IMG/VR virus record: IMGVR_UViG_3300021387_000688
Direction: 5' to 3' (one strand)
DNA length: 64,000 nt
Source: a virus
Lineage: Duplodnaviria; Caudoviricetes
Shown here: piece by piece, positions 11,599-19,971 of the stretch
Numbering within the stretch: the first letter of the stretch is position 1
Layout: each line of letters opens with the position of its first letter
Made by a program: the position numbers and the translations under genes
Notes under the pieces: model-generated
The model's database searches: none
What the model saw: the letters and a program-made list of their open reading frames with translations, nothing else
Told to the model about the DNA's origin: nothing

Positions 11599-11814
11599 TT
11601 ACTCTTCTTCTGTCTCGTCAGGTTCGTCTTCTACCATATCGGCAGCTGACTTTAATTCCTCTGCGAGCCCTCTAATATATTCGGCCAACTCTGCATTTGT
11701 TTCAGAATTTGTATAACAACCTCTTACACAGTTTCTAACTTCATACATTAGAGATTCAAGATTAGAGAATGATTCTTCCAAATCATCCCTTACATTTTCG
11801 CTCCAACCGTCCAT
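11599..11814 (-). CDS. Small acidic hypothetical protein
   Basis: 71-aa ORF with AAGGAG RBS, overlapping the upstream gene. Confidence 0.7.
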   Translation of the reverse strand: MDGWSENVRDDLEESFSNLESLMYEVRNCVRGCYTNSETNAELAEYIRGLAEELKSAADMVEDEPDETEEE

Positions 11815-12964
11815 AAACTTTACGCTCCTTTGGTTTAATATCTTTATTTAGTTGATCCTTCAAATCATCTTTTGTGAGAATACCTTCTTCCATCAATTCG
11901 TTTAAAGCTTCCAAAGCTTTTACTTTATTATCTTTCTTTGTTTCTTCTTCTGATTTAATAGATTCGTAACCCCTTATCAAAGAGAGTTTGCTATAAATAT
12001 CCTTTTTAGAAACATGGCAGAAATAATCTTTTACGCGAACAATGTATCCGAAATAATCTCCGGCTTCTTTATTTTCTTTATAAGATTCCCCATCCCTGTA
12101 ACAATGCCAAGTAATCCAAAGATTGTTCTTTTCTTTTAAGAGGTCACAAGAAGGATGATCCATCCCGTGTACAGGAATGACTACATCATATTTCTTTTCA
12201 AAATCTCTTACAACTTCTACATTCTCCCAATGCTTATATTTTCTCAAAGGGAATTCTAATTTAGGAGATTGTTCCCTTCGGTACAAAGCCATTCTTGCAT
12301 TATAAAGGTCTTTAAGATCTTCTTCATAAGAAAGTGCATCGTCATTCATAATAAAAGCACATTCAACGGCCTGTACATTATTCTTTACGGTTTCTGGAAT
12401 CATGGCTGCAAAGAAAGCGCTGAAAGGTTGCTGTTGCATTCCATTTGGATCGAAATTACGATTGTATAAGTCCGGTCCAATCATTGTTAGTCCTTTTACT
12501 CTTTGCTTACCATATACTTTTTGCAAAACCTTTGCAGCGAGACATGCGGCTAATACACTTTCTCCTCCAAAGTTTAATCCGTATAGAACTACATTTTCGC
12601 CTTTTTCTAGATGACGTATTGCAAGGGAAGTGGAATCGTATCCCCCAGAATACATGATTGCATAAGTAGGAACTTCATAAGAATAAGGTTCTCTGTCGCA
12701 AGAGAATATATTTAACAAACGGGTACCTTCAGTTTTAGAAGGATCTTCTTGTAGATACTCCATATTTAATTTCTTAAACATGTTGCCAATAAGTTTGTTA
12801 AAAACGCTTTCTTCGTTTGTAACCCTCCAGATGTCTATCCTTCCATAAGACCAAGATTCTGAAGGTAAAACACATTTTTGGTAACTTAAGTGTTTTGCAT
12901 AATAATCTTTATAAGGGGTTTCGGCCTCCATTACTTCAATTTTTTCTGATGGATTAGAACTCAT
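11783..12964 (-). CDS. QueC-like PP-loop ATP pyrophosphatase (divergent)
   Basis: AIMYSGGYDSTSLA PP-loop; lacks the C-terminal Zn-binding Cys cluster of canonical QueC. Confidence 0.6.
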   Translation of the reverse strand: MSSNPSEKIEVMEAETPYKDYYAKHLSYQKCVLPSESWSYGRIDIWRVTNEESVFNKLIGNMFKKLNMEYLQEDPSKTEGTRLLNIFSCDREPYSYEVPTYAIMYSGGYDSTSLAIRHLEKGENVVLYGLNFGGESVLAACLAAKVLQKVYGKQRVKGLTMIGPDLYNRNFDPNGMQQQPFSAFFAAMIPETVKNNVQAVECAFIMNDDALSYEEDLKDLYNARMALYRREQSPKLEFPLRKYKHWENVEVVRDFEKKYDVVIPVHGMDHPSCDLLKEKNNLWITWHCYRDGESYKENKEAGDYFGYIVRVKDYFCHVSKKDIYSKLSLIRGYESIKSEEETKKDNKVKALEALNELMEEGILTKDDLKDQLNKDIKPKERKVYGRLERKCKG

Positions 12965-13370
12965 CTTTTACTCCTAACTTCCTTCTTACTTTTAATATTT
13001 TGGGAAACATTTTGGCATTCCAATCAATCATGGTTTCATTTCTTGCCCAGCCGTTTTCACAGCCATCTGTTCCTGTACAAATGTCTAAACCAGCCTCCAT
13101 ATAAAAAGCATGGTATAGTTCGTGAGTGATGTCTTGATCTATGGCAGGGTTGTCGTCTGGCATTTGCTGAGAATCTTCTGTAGAAATGTAAGCGTCTGCA
13201 TCAACCCAAATCTCCCTTAAGTAAGCTTGAGTTAATGCATTAGCTTCCTGTTCTTCAAGAATCCTCTTTTCGTAACATTCCTTGTCAGAATCTACTACTT
13301 TGATGGTCCAAGATTCTCCTAAAATGGAAACTTTTTTGTTGTGCAGTTTTTTGAGTGCATCTATTGTCAT
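12954..13370 (-). CDS. Small HEXXH zinc-metallopeptidase-like phage protein
   Basis: ITHELYHAF motif. Confidence 0.6.
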   Translation of the reverse strand: MTIDALKKLHNKKVSILGESWTIKVVDSDKECYEKRILEEQEANALTQAYLREIWVDADAYISTEDSQQMPDDNPAIDQDITHELYHAFYMEAGLDICTGTDGCENGWARNETMIDWNAKMFPKILKVRRKLGVKDEF

Positions 13371-13382
13371 GCCGCATCCCCT

Positions 13383-13646
13383 TTAGTATAGAAAATCATC
13401 ACGCTCTTCTTCAAGGCGCTCCCACATCTCACTAACCCTGTCCTGATAAAGTTTTCTCATTTCAGGGTTATCTACCTTCCCTTTAATTTCTTTACGTTTT
13501 TCTTGAACGTGTTCGGCCGTTTCAAGATTCCTTTTATGCTCCAGCATCCTTCTTTGATTATCCATTTGCATTTGATGCATTCTTTGTTGCTGTTGCATAT
13601 TGGCGGCTATGATAATTGGCATAGCCATTATTGCAGGGTTGAGCAT
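13383..13646 (-). CDS. Hypothetical protein (Met/Gln-rich N-terminus)
   Basis: 87-aa ORF with GGAGGA RBS. Confidence 0.65.
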   Translation of the reverse strand: MLNPAIMAMPIIIAANMQQQQRMHQMQMDNQRRMLEHKRNLETAEHVQEKRKEIKGKVDNPEMRKLYQDRVSEMWERLEEERDDFLY

Positions 13647-13654
13647 TTATCCTC

Positions 13655-14320
13655 CTAACAACGATTTGCAACTACTTCACTATCTTCAGCGATAGCTGTC
13701 TGTCCACTATAATTAACATCAATAAAACTTGTACTGCGTCTCAGGTCTTCTGAAAAGATGTTAATTTCTGCCATTGCGGCTTCGTAATCTGCATAAGCGT
13801 CTCCGGTAACTCCGAAGTTGTATTCCTTCAGCAGATTTCTAAAATCATTTAAGAAATTCTTAGCCTTTTCCTTAAACATTTCGTCGTAACGGATCTGCTG
13901 GAAGTGCTCCTTAACAGGTTCTGTACTGAAATCCTTTGCAGTGTACTTACGAGCTGATTCCTTAGTGATACCTAACTTGCGGTTAACCCAAGCGGCCATC
14001 TTTCCAGCTTCGTGAGTAAAGAATTCTCCAAACTCTGCTCTTGATTCATCGTTTACAGAATAGCTCTTGTAAATCTCTACAAATTCGTTTTCAATGAAAA
14101 TGAACTTTACGTAAGCATCGATCTTAATACGCTTACCGTTTGTAGCACTGCAGTTAAAATTCAAATACCAACTTGTATCGTAATTTGTCATACAATACTC
14201 GTTCAGTTCATTCTTATATTTTTCAATGATTTCCTTCTTAGAGCAAGAAAAGATACGAGTAGTTCCTGGCTTAGAAATATCCACGCGATTGTCGATTACT
14301 AAAAATTCCTGATTTTCCAT
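13655..14320 (-). CDS. Hypothetical early protein (start revised to 14320, MENQEF)
   Basis: RBS GAGGTACAAATTATG; the promoter at 14341-14378 lies inside the longer listed ORF. Confidence 0.75.
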   Translation of the reverse strand: MENQEFLVIDNRVDISKPGTTRIFSCSKKEIIEKYKNELNEYCMTNYDTSWYLNFNCSATNGKRIKIDAYVKFIFIENEFVEIYKSYSVNDESRAEFGEFFTHEAGKMAAWVNRKLGITKESARKYTAKDFSTEPVKEHFQQIRYDEMFKEKAKNFLNDFRNLLKEYNFGVTGDAYADYEAAMAEINIFSEDLRRSTSFIDVNYSGQTAIAEDSEVVANRC

Positions 14321-14340
14321 AATTTGTACCTCTTGATAAT

Positions 14341-14378
14341 AATATAGCTTAAACCCGGAAATTAGATTTCTAAAATGT
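14341..14378 (-). promoter_or_regulatory. Early-type promoter (TTTAGAAA box plus TATATT -10)
   Basis: TTTAGAAATctaaTTTCCGGGTTTAAGCTATATTATTA, almost identical to the copy at 63686-63723. Confidence 0.75.
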
Positions 14379-14399
14379 GAAAATATTTTTAGCAAAATA

Positions 14400-14423
14400 A
14401 AACCCCCTATTTTTAGGGGGTTT
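14400..14423. terminator. Intrinsic terminator
   Basis: AAACCCCCTA-tttt-TAGGGGGTTT. Confidence 0.8.
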
Positions 14424-14447
14424 GTTTAGATTCGGAATCGGATTCCG

Positions 14448-14891
14448 TTAGTCATCGGTTACTTTTGTAATCTGAAGTTTTTCATGTTTAGGTTCAGCTT
14501 CCGGAGATTCTACTACAATTTCTACATCTTCCATAAACTTTTCAAGCTTCTTATTCTTGCGGCGAAGCTTCTTATTCTTCTGCTTAAGTTTACGATTCTT
14601 GCGGCGAAGCTTTTCATTACGTTCATTGTAAGCTGAAGTATTTCCATCAAAATAACCTGCATTGTAAGAAGCTTCACGTTCTCGTTTTGAACGATCCTTC
14701 ATTGCAATGTAAACAGGAATATCCATTGCATCGATGATTGATGCTCCAATCAAAACCCATCCTGCAATTTCAAAACCGAATGGAAGAATGTGATAACCGC
14801 GAGACAGTACAACTGCTGCGATTCCAGCTGCTACGAACAAAATCCAAATTGAGAAATACTTAAGTACTCTCTTCATAAAGTAACGATCCAT
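14448..14891 (-). CDS. Membrane protein with basic heptad repeats
   Basis: Two N-terminal hydrophobic helices; KLRRKN/KLKQKN repeats. Confidence 0.7.
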   Translation of the reverse strand: MDRYFMKRVLKYFSIWILFVAAGIAAVVLSRGYHILPFGFEIAGWVLIGASIIDAMDIPVYIAMKDRSKREREASYNAGYFDGNTSAYNERNEKLRRKNRKLKQKNKKLRRKNKKLEKFMEDVEIVVESPEAEPKHEKLQITKVTDD

Positions 14892-14906
14892 AATAGTCTC
14901 CTTTAA

Positions 14907-15197
14907 TTAAAGTGTATTTAAAAACTTTTCAAGTTTTTTGTTGCCTTTACGATTTGCTTCTTCTACTGAAGAGCATCTATATGTGTTAAGTGATTTGCTC
15001 CAAATTCCGCCGAACTGTCCATGTCGTCCAGATCCGTGAATTGTTATATGTGAAAAGTATGTATCATCCCAAGCTTTTCCTTCGTAGCGTTCAATCTGAA
15101 CAACGTCTCCATTACGCATAGTTTTGTAGCAGATATAGTTCGAGTTGTTAGGGTTCTTTCCTTCATTTGAGATGATTTCGATTTCGCCTTCTTTCAT
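14907..15197 (-). CDS. Hypothetical early protein
   Basis: 96-aa ORF; RBS GAGGTACAAA; TATAAT promoter upstream. Confidence 0.75.
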   Translation of the reverse strand: MKEGEIEIISNEGKNPNNSNYICYKTMRNGDVVQIERYEGKAWDDTYFSHITIHGSGRHGQFGGIWSKSLNTYRCSSVEEANRKGNKKLEKFLNTL

Positions 15198-15277
15198 TCT
15201 TTGTACCTCTTGATAATATTATAGCTTTTTCTGGATTCCAAGATAACTAAAATGTTTACTTTTTCTATACTTTTTTT

Positions 15278-15436
15278 ATGAGCCAATTTAAGACAGAAGA
15301 AGAAAGAAAAGAATTTATAAAGAAAGATTATGAAAGGCGAGCTAAAGAACTTTGCGAAGGTAAAACTTTAGAAGAAGTAGTTATAGGATTATTGAAAATA
15401 ATAGATAACAACGATCGTCATTTTTACCCCCTCTAA
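15278..15436 (+). CDS. Small hypothetical protein (52 aa, not in ORF track)
   Basis: MSQFKTEEERKEFIKK...HFYPL*; TATACT ends 6 nt before the ATG, the same leaderless geometry as other genes. Confidence 0.6.
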   Translation: MSQFKTEEERKEFIKKDYERRAKELCEGKTLEEVVIGLLKIIDNNDRHFYPL

Positions 15437-15454
15437 TATCCTCTAATTAATTCT

Positions 15455-16249
15455 ATGAGTGATTTCGTAGAATTATATAGGATTAGTCCTAAAGCATTTG
15501 TAGTTACAATTTCTATCGTTTCTTTGATAGTTGTATGTGCTGCTGTTGCTATTTTTTATTTCATTGCAAAGAATAAGATGTCTGTAAGGATCGGTTCCTT
15601 TAAAATCGATATGCATGAAAAGGAATCTGTAAAAGAACCTGAAGACAAATTAAACAAAGAAATCTACCAAGCTAAAAAGAATGTAGAAGATTATGTAAGA
15701 TCTGTTTTAGCTAAACAATACGATCAGGTAGTTCCTTTTTTACAGTCCCTCCGACCTATTTTTAATCGATTAGTTTTTAGTATTTTGAATGAAGCTGTAG
15801 CTGAAAGTTTAGGAGTTGAAAGAGAAATCCGGATTCCGAAGCCAGATGAAAAATGTAAAGTTCCAGGTAGTCATTATAAAGTAGAACTTGTAAAAACATA
15901 TATTACAGAACCTCAAACCAGATTGTTCACTAACCTTGTTGAAAGTACAGTAGATTCTTTAATTGGTAAACTTGAAAGAGAAATCTACAATATGTTAGTT
16001 AATAACAATATTGGAAAGAATAGAGATGAAGTTAGATCTTATATACATATGAAGAGTGAAAACATTGTCGGGGTTATAAGAAATGTTTTGTGCGATGCTT
16101 ATAATAATCTAAGTAATAAGAATTTATTTGATACTAAGAAGTGGTGGTTAGAAGTAGGTATTAACTATCCTGAAGATTGGATTGAAGATAAATTATATAA
16201 ACTATTCGCGCTTTGTATGCAATGCAGATATAGTGATTTTGATGAGTAG
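15455..16249 (+). CDS. Membrane-anchored hypothetical protein
   Basis: Single N-terminal TM helix; CTAATT motif upstream. Confidence 0.7.
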   Translation: MSDFVELYRISPKAFVVTISIVSLIVVCAAVAIFYFIAKNKMSVRIGSFKIDMHEKESVKEPEDKLNKEIYQAKKNVEDYVRSVLAKQYDQVVPFLQSLRPIFNRLVFSILNEAVAESLGVEREIRIPKPDEKCKVPGSHYKVELVKTYITEPQTRLFTNLVESTVDSLIGKLEREIYNMLVNNNIGKNRDEVRSYIHMKSENIVGVIRNVLCDAYNNLSNKNLFDTKKWWLEVGINYPEDWIEDKLYKLFALCMQCRYSDFDE

Positions 16250-16255
16250 AAAAAT

Positions 16256-16279
16256 AGCCTCCTTTTCAGGAGGCTTTTA
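16256..16279. terminator. Bidirectional intrinsic terminator
   Basis: AGCCTCCT-tttc-AGGAGGCT-TTT. Confidence 0.8.
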
Positions 16280-16293
16280 TTTTGGTTTTTTAA

Positions 16294-17136
16294 TTATTTT
16301 GCTTCTTCTTGAGTACCTTCAGTAGCCATCAAAGACTTGTTGTAAGCATCCTGGCGAAGATAGATTTCAATATTTCTACGAGTCCTGTCTTCAAGATCCT
16401 TACTTGCATTTACACCAAAGAGTTCATCCGCTTCTGCTCCACGTTCGTAAGCTTCAGGAGTAACTGCCTTATCATAAACCATTGTAATCTTTTTAATACC
16501 TACAATAGAGGTTGGGCTATACAACCAATCTCCTGGAGCCTGGTGAGTTACAACTTCAATTCTTGTTAGGCGGATATCTGTCATTTTCAAACCAGCTACT
16601 GGAATCTGCGCGGTAGATCTATTTTTAGGGTCTTTAACATATTCAGTAAAATCAATATGGGCTGTAAATTCTACCATTGATTCGATTGTAGATGTAGCAT
16701 CTGCGGCTTTGAATTTTCTTTTATTCTCTTTACCATTCTGTAACCAAAAGATTTCAACTTCATCATATCCACGATTAAGAGTCATTGTAATATCCATACT
16801 CTTAATGGCAGCTGCATTTGTGATATAACCTGCACCGTTATTAGCTTCATTGAAAGAAGGCTCTACGAATGCGATTGCATAACGGCTGTCTGAATATCTT
16901 GGAGCTGAATCAGTTCTAATACAAAGTCCATACTTTTCAGAAAGTACTGGATTAAAAAGATTTCTACCTGGCTCGTAAACACCTGAAATACCTACGGCTC
17001 TAGAATTTTCGATCCAATCATAACCTGTGTCAAGAACATCAGCTTTTGTATTACAATCAAATAAAGTTGCTTCATCTGCAAATACAATACCTGTAAACAT
17101 TACAAGCGCTACCAAAATTGAAATAAACTTCTTCAT
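16294..17136 (-). CDS. flaA: Spirochete flagellar filament sheath protein FlaA homolog (divergent)
   Basis: Sec signal peptide ending VFA|DEATL. Segments GAGYITNAAAIKSM, EYVKDPKNRSTAQIP, KKITMVYDKAV, DELFGV and LMATE parallel Treponema FlaA as recalled (GYGVVKNVGVLKSI, YISDVRSRE..YP, KIIYDKAV, EDLWGI, KLATE). Adjacent to flaB. Confidence 0.8.
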   Translation of the reverse strand: MKKFISILVALVMFTGIVFADEATLFDCNTKADVLDTGYDWIENSRAVGISGVYEPGRNLFNPVLSEKYGLCIRTDSAPRYSDSRYAIAFVEPSFNEANNGAGYITNAAAIKSMDITMTLNRGYDEVEIFWLQNGKENKRKFKAADATSTIESMVEFTAHIDFTEYVKDPKNRSTAQIPVAGLKMTDIRLTRIEVVTHQAPGDWLYSPTSIVGIKKITMVYDKAVTPEAYERGAEADELFGVNASKDLEDRTRRNIEIYLRQDAYNKSLMATEGTQEEAK

Positions 17137-17171
17137 TTTGTTTTATTTTCTCCTTTAATTTAATGCAATAT

Positions 17172-17193
17172 AGGGGAGGTAAAATCCTCCCCT
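17172..17193 (-). terminator. Hairpin between flaB and flaA overlapping a TATATT -10 for flaA
   Basis: On the minus strand AGGGGAGG-atttta-CCTCCCCT runs directly into TATATT. Confidence 0.55.
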
Positions 17194-17241
17194 TCAACTT
17201 TTTATTTTACTCTGGCACGAACCCACCTGTAGTTGGCGATT

Positions 17242-18093
17242 CTATTTTAACAAGGCAAGTACGTTCTGAGAAGAATTGTTTGCCTGAGCCAACATAGCTA
17301 CAGATGCCTGTTGCAATACTTGGTTCTTAGTATATTCTGTAATAGACTGAGCCATATCAGTATCGCGAATACGAGATTCTGCAGATTGTGTATTTTCGGC
17401 CGCAATGTTGATACCCTTCTGGGCCATCTCCATACGGTTCTGGTAAGCACCAAGATCTGCTCTTTGCTTTGTTACATTTTTCAAAGCTTCATCTACCGTT
17501 GCAAGGGTTGTACTTGCTTCATCTGGACTTGCGATAGAAATTACATTAGATTCCTCTCCCTGCTGCCCCTTCAATCCAAGCGCAGTAGCTGTCATTGTTC
17601 CAATGTAAGCTCTAATATTCTGATCCATATTAGCTCCAATCTGGAACTGCATAACCTGATCTGACTCCCTAGAGAATCTACCTGTCAAAAGGTTCATTCC
17701 ATTAAATTGTGCAGAAGATGCAATTCTATCTACTTCAGATACTAACTGGCTTACTTCAACTGCAATCTGCATGCGGTCTTCATCTGAATAAACTCCATTT
17801 GAAGCCTGTACTGCCAATTCTCTAATGCGCTGAAGTACATCTGTAGTTTCTGCAAGATAACCTTCTGCTACCTGAACAAATGAAACTGCATCACCGATGT
17901 TTCTTGAAGCCTGATTAAGACCCCTAATCTGAGATCTCATTTTCTCACTTACTGCCAAGCCTGAAGCATCGTTACCTGCTTTGTTAATTCTTTCTCCTGA
18001 AGAAAGAGCTTCTACTGATTTCTGAAGGTTCTGTGTGTTAAGACCTTCCATTCTGCTTGCGAACAAGCTACTCATGTTGTGATTAATGATCAT
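17242..18093 (-). CDS. flaB: Flagellin, spirochete FlaB type
   Basis: MIINHNMS start, [63 protein letters not shown]; 283 aa with no variable outer domain. Confidence 0.97.
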   Translation of the reverse strand: MIINHNMSSLFASRMEGLNTQNLQKSVEALSSGERINKAGNDASGLAVSEKMRSQIRGLNQASRNIGDAVSFVQVAEGYLAETTDVLQRIRELAVQASNGVYSDEDRMQIAVEVSQLVSEVDRIASSAQFNGMNLLTGRFSRESDQVMQFQIGANMDQNIRAYIGTMTATALGLKGQQGEESNVISIASPDEASTTLATVDEALKNVTKQRADLGAYQNRMEMAQKGINIAAENTQSAESRIRDTDMAQSITEYTKNQVLQQASVAMLAQANNSSQNVLALLK

Positions 18094-18122
18094 AAAATAA
18101 CCAACTCCTTTTGTATTTTATT

Positions 18123-18144
18123 TAAGTAACATCCCTGCTACTTA
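18123..18144 (-). promoter_or_regulatory. CsrA-type GGA hairpin in the flaB leader
   Basis: UAAGUAGCA-GGGA-UGUUACUUA 9-bp stem with GGA in the loop; second GGA in the RBS. Confidence 0.7.
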
Positions 18145-18152
18145 TATTTATA

Positions 18153-18180
18153 TTATCGGGACATTTCTTAAAAAACTTTA
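18153..18180 (-). promoter_or_regulatory. Sigma28 (FliA) promoter of flaB
   Basis: TAAA-N16-CCCGATAA versus consensus TAAA-N15/16-GCCGATAA; extended -35 TAAAGTTT. Confidence 0.85.
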
Positions 18181-18181
18181 A

Positions 18182-18346
18182 TTATACTAATAAGTCTATC
18201 AACTTTTCGGCCTTCTCTTCTTCTGTTAAAGGCTTTTCTTCTTTAGACTTCTCAACGTTAATCTTAATACTTTCTTTATTTGCATTAAGATTTTTTCCTT
18301 GCATTATGGAGGAGACCGGCTCCTTTATTATTGGATTTATTTTCAT
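18182..18346 (-). CDS. Small hypothetical protein (54 aa, not in ORF track)
   Basis: MKINPIIKEP...EKAEKLIDLLV*; RBS context CAAAAGGAGTTG identical to that of flaB. Confidence 0.65.
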   Translation of the reverse strand: MKINPIIKEPVSSIMQGKNLNANKESIKINVEKSKEEKPLTEEEKAEKLIDLLV

Positions 18347-18430
18347 ATGTCAACTCCTTTTGACTGCTACAAAATCCTTTTGGATACCAATTACTTAATT
18401 TAGTAATCCCCTCCATAACAATATAGAATG

Positions 18431-19894
18431 TTATACCTCAATGTTTGAATAATATTCGTTTAATTTATTTTTTCTCCAAACTCCTCTTATACAACCTGTT
18501 TCAAAGTCTAACGGGATTCCAATAATGAGTTCATCACTAAAATGTTCTTGTTCAGTCATTTTATGTAAAAGAGTTTCCAAATCGCAATAAAGTTTGTCGA
18601 TTACCTCCACTTGGGACTCTATTACTTGGTCCCCGTCATATCCTATAAACACGGAGCCCCACCTATTTAAAACTCTCCAATTACTACACATACCTATACG
18701 AGGTTCAATACTAGATTCAAAATCATCTCTAGAGAATATTTTTACAATATATTCAAGTACATCTGCTTCACTTTCAAGCTTAACATTTAAGATTTTTGAC
18801 AATTTTTCAAAGGTATCTCTTTTCTCTAAAGCAGTTTTATTAGTAAAATAATGAATCATGTATTTAGATTGGTTGGCAATCAATTGCGCGTATTTTTTAC
18901 CTTTCTTAATGAACTGTGTAATTTCAGATTCTTTTTCCTCTTTCTTTGGTTTTTCTACTTTCAAGTTAGGACCGTAATCCCAGCCTTTGTAAAGACCTAA
19001 GACCTCTCTTAGTATATCTTCTACATCATCTCCTTTTAATGGGCCAAACTCAGGAGGTAATAAAATAGAATCACTTAAAGAATTGTACATTTCTTGTTTA
19101 GTTTTCTTTAAATAATCGCATAAGACTGAAGAGGCTGCCAATCCATTACATTGCTTTTCGAGCATGGAGTTGAAAGGAGCTGCAGTAAATTCAATAGTAT
19201 CAATGTTATTAAATTCTACAGGTTCACATTTGAATACTTTTGAAGAATTTATAATACAGAAAGGAGTATAAGCATTACTCCATTTGTCTAATCTATAATC
19301 TGGGTGTTTATAAGCACCTTCTTTTACCAATTTATCAAAATCTTCATAGAATGGGTCTTCTTTTTCTGCCATAGGAGCGGCACCGTCATAGAGTTCATAT
19401 ACAATACCCATAACTTTATAAAGAGGGGTAGAGACCCCATTTTCCTCTTTACCTAAACGATCCATTTGCATTCGAGATGAGATGGTTAATTCTACCCCAT
19501 CGAATCTAAATCCATTTCCGCAAGGGTAATAATAAATATGCAATTTATCCAAATCTGAATTAGATTTTAATTCTTCGATTGTTTTTGTTTCAATGAATAA
19601 ACTACTGTTTTCCATTAATTCTTTTAGAGCTTTAAACACTAAATTTGGTTGCCAACTGTGCCAAATAATAGCATGATTTGTTATGCCACTTCTGTAAGGA
19701 CAAATTGTTAAGTTAGCTATTCTGTAAAGGGTTAAAAGATAAATAAAAGTGTTTGTACCTGAATTGTCTGGGGCTTTGCAAATATAAAGGCCATTTTGAC
19801 TATCTGCATTGTACAGATATTTGAGTGTGTTAGAATAAAAATTCTTTTGAGTAAAGGAATCGATAAATTCCTTTGGGGATAAGTTTCTTACCAT
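18431..19894 (-). CDS. Hypothetical protein
   Basis: 487-aa ORF with AAGGAG RBS; leader contains a GTATACGA/TCGTATAC hairpin. Confidence 0.75.
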   Translation of the reverse strand: MVRNLSPKEFIDSFTQKNFYSNTLKYLYNADSQNGLYICKAPDNSGTNTFIYLLTLYRIANLTICPYRSGITNHAIIWHSWQPNLVFKALKELMENSSLFIETKTIEELKSNSDLDKLHIYYYPCGNGFRFDGVELTISSRMQMDRLGKEENGVSTPLYKVMGIVYELYDGAAPMAEKEDPFYEDFDKLVKEGAYKHPDYRLDKWSNAYTPFCIINSSKVFKCEPVEFNNIDTIEFTAAPFNSMLEKQCNGLAASSVLCDYLKKTKQEMYNSLSDSILLPPEFGPLKGDDVEDILREVLGLYKGWDYGPNLKVEKPKKEEKESEITQFIKKGKKYAQLIANQSKYMIHYFTNKTALEKRDTFEKLSKILNVKLESEADVLEYIVKIFSRDDFESSIEPRIGMCSNWRVLNRWGSVFIGYDGDQVIESQVEVIDKLYCDLETLLHKMTEQEHFSDELIIGIPLDFETGCIRGVWRKNKLNEYYSNIEV

Positions 19895-19971
19895 ATAAAT
19901 TCTCCTTATATATGTTCTTGTATACGAAAGTCTCGTTATCGTATACCTTTTTAATATAGTAAGGAGTTTAA

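Noticed and set aside
17200-17241. tRNA fragment (GGGTTCG on the minus strand)
   Set aside because: Too short and no cloverleaf; no tRNA gene was seen in the window.
16294-18093. Window being a bacterial chromosome because of flagellin genes
   Set aside because: Capsid, tail and phage replication genes surround them, phage-type promoter motifs continue on both sides, and there are no other flagellar or housekeeping operons.
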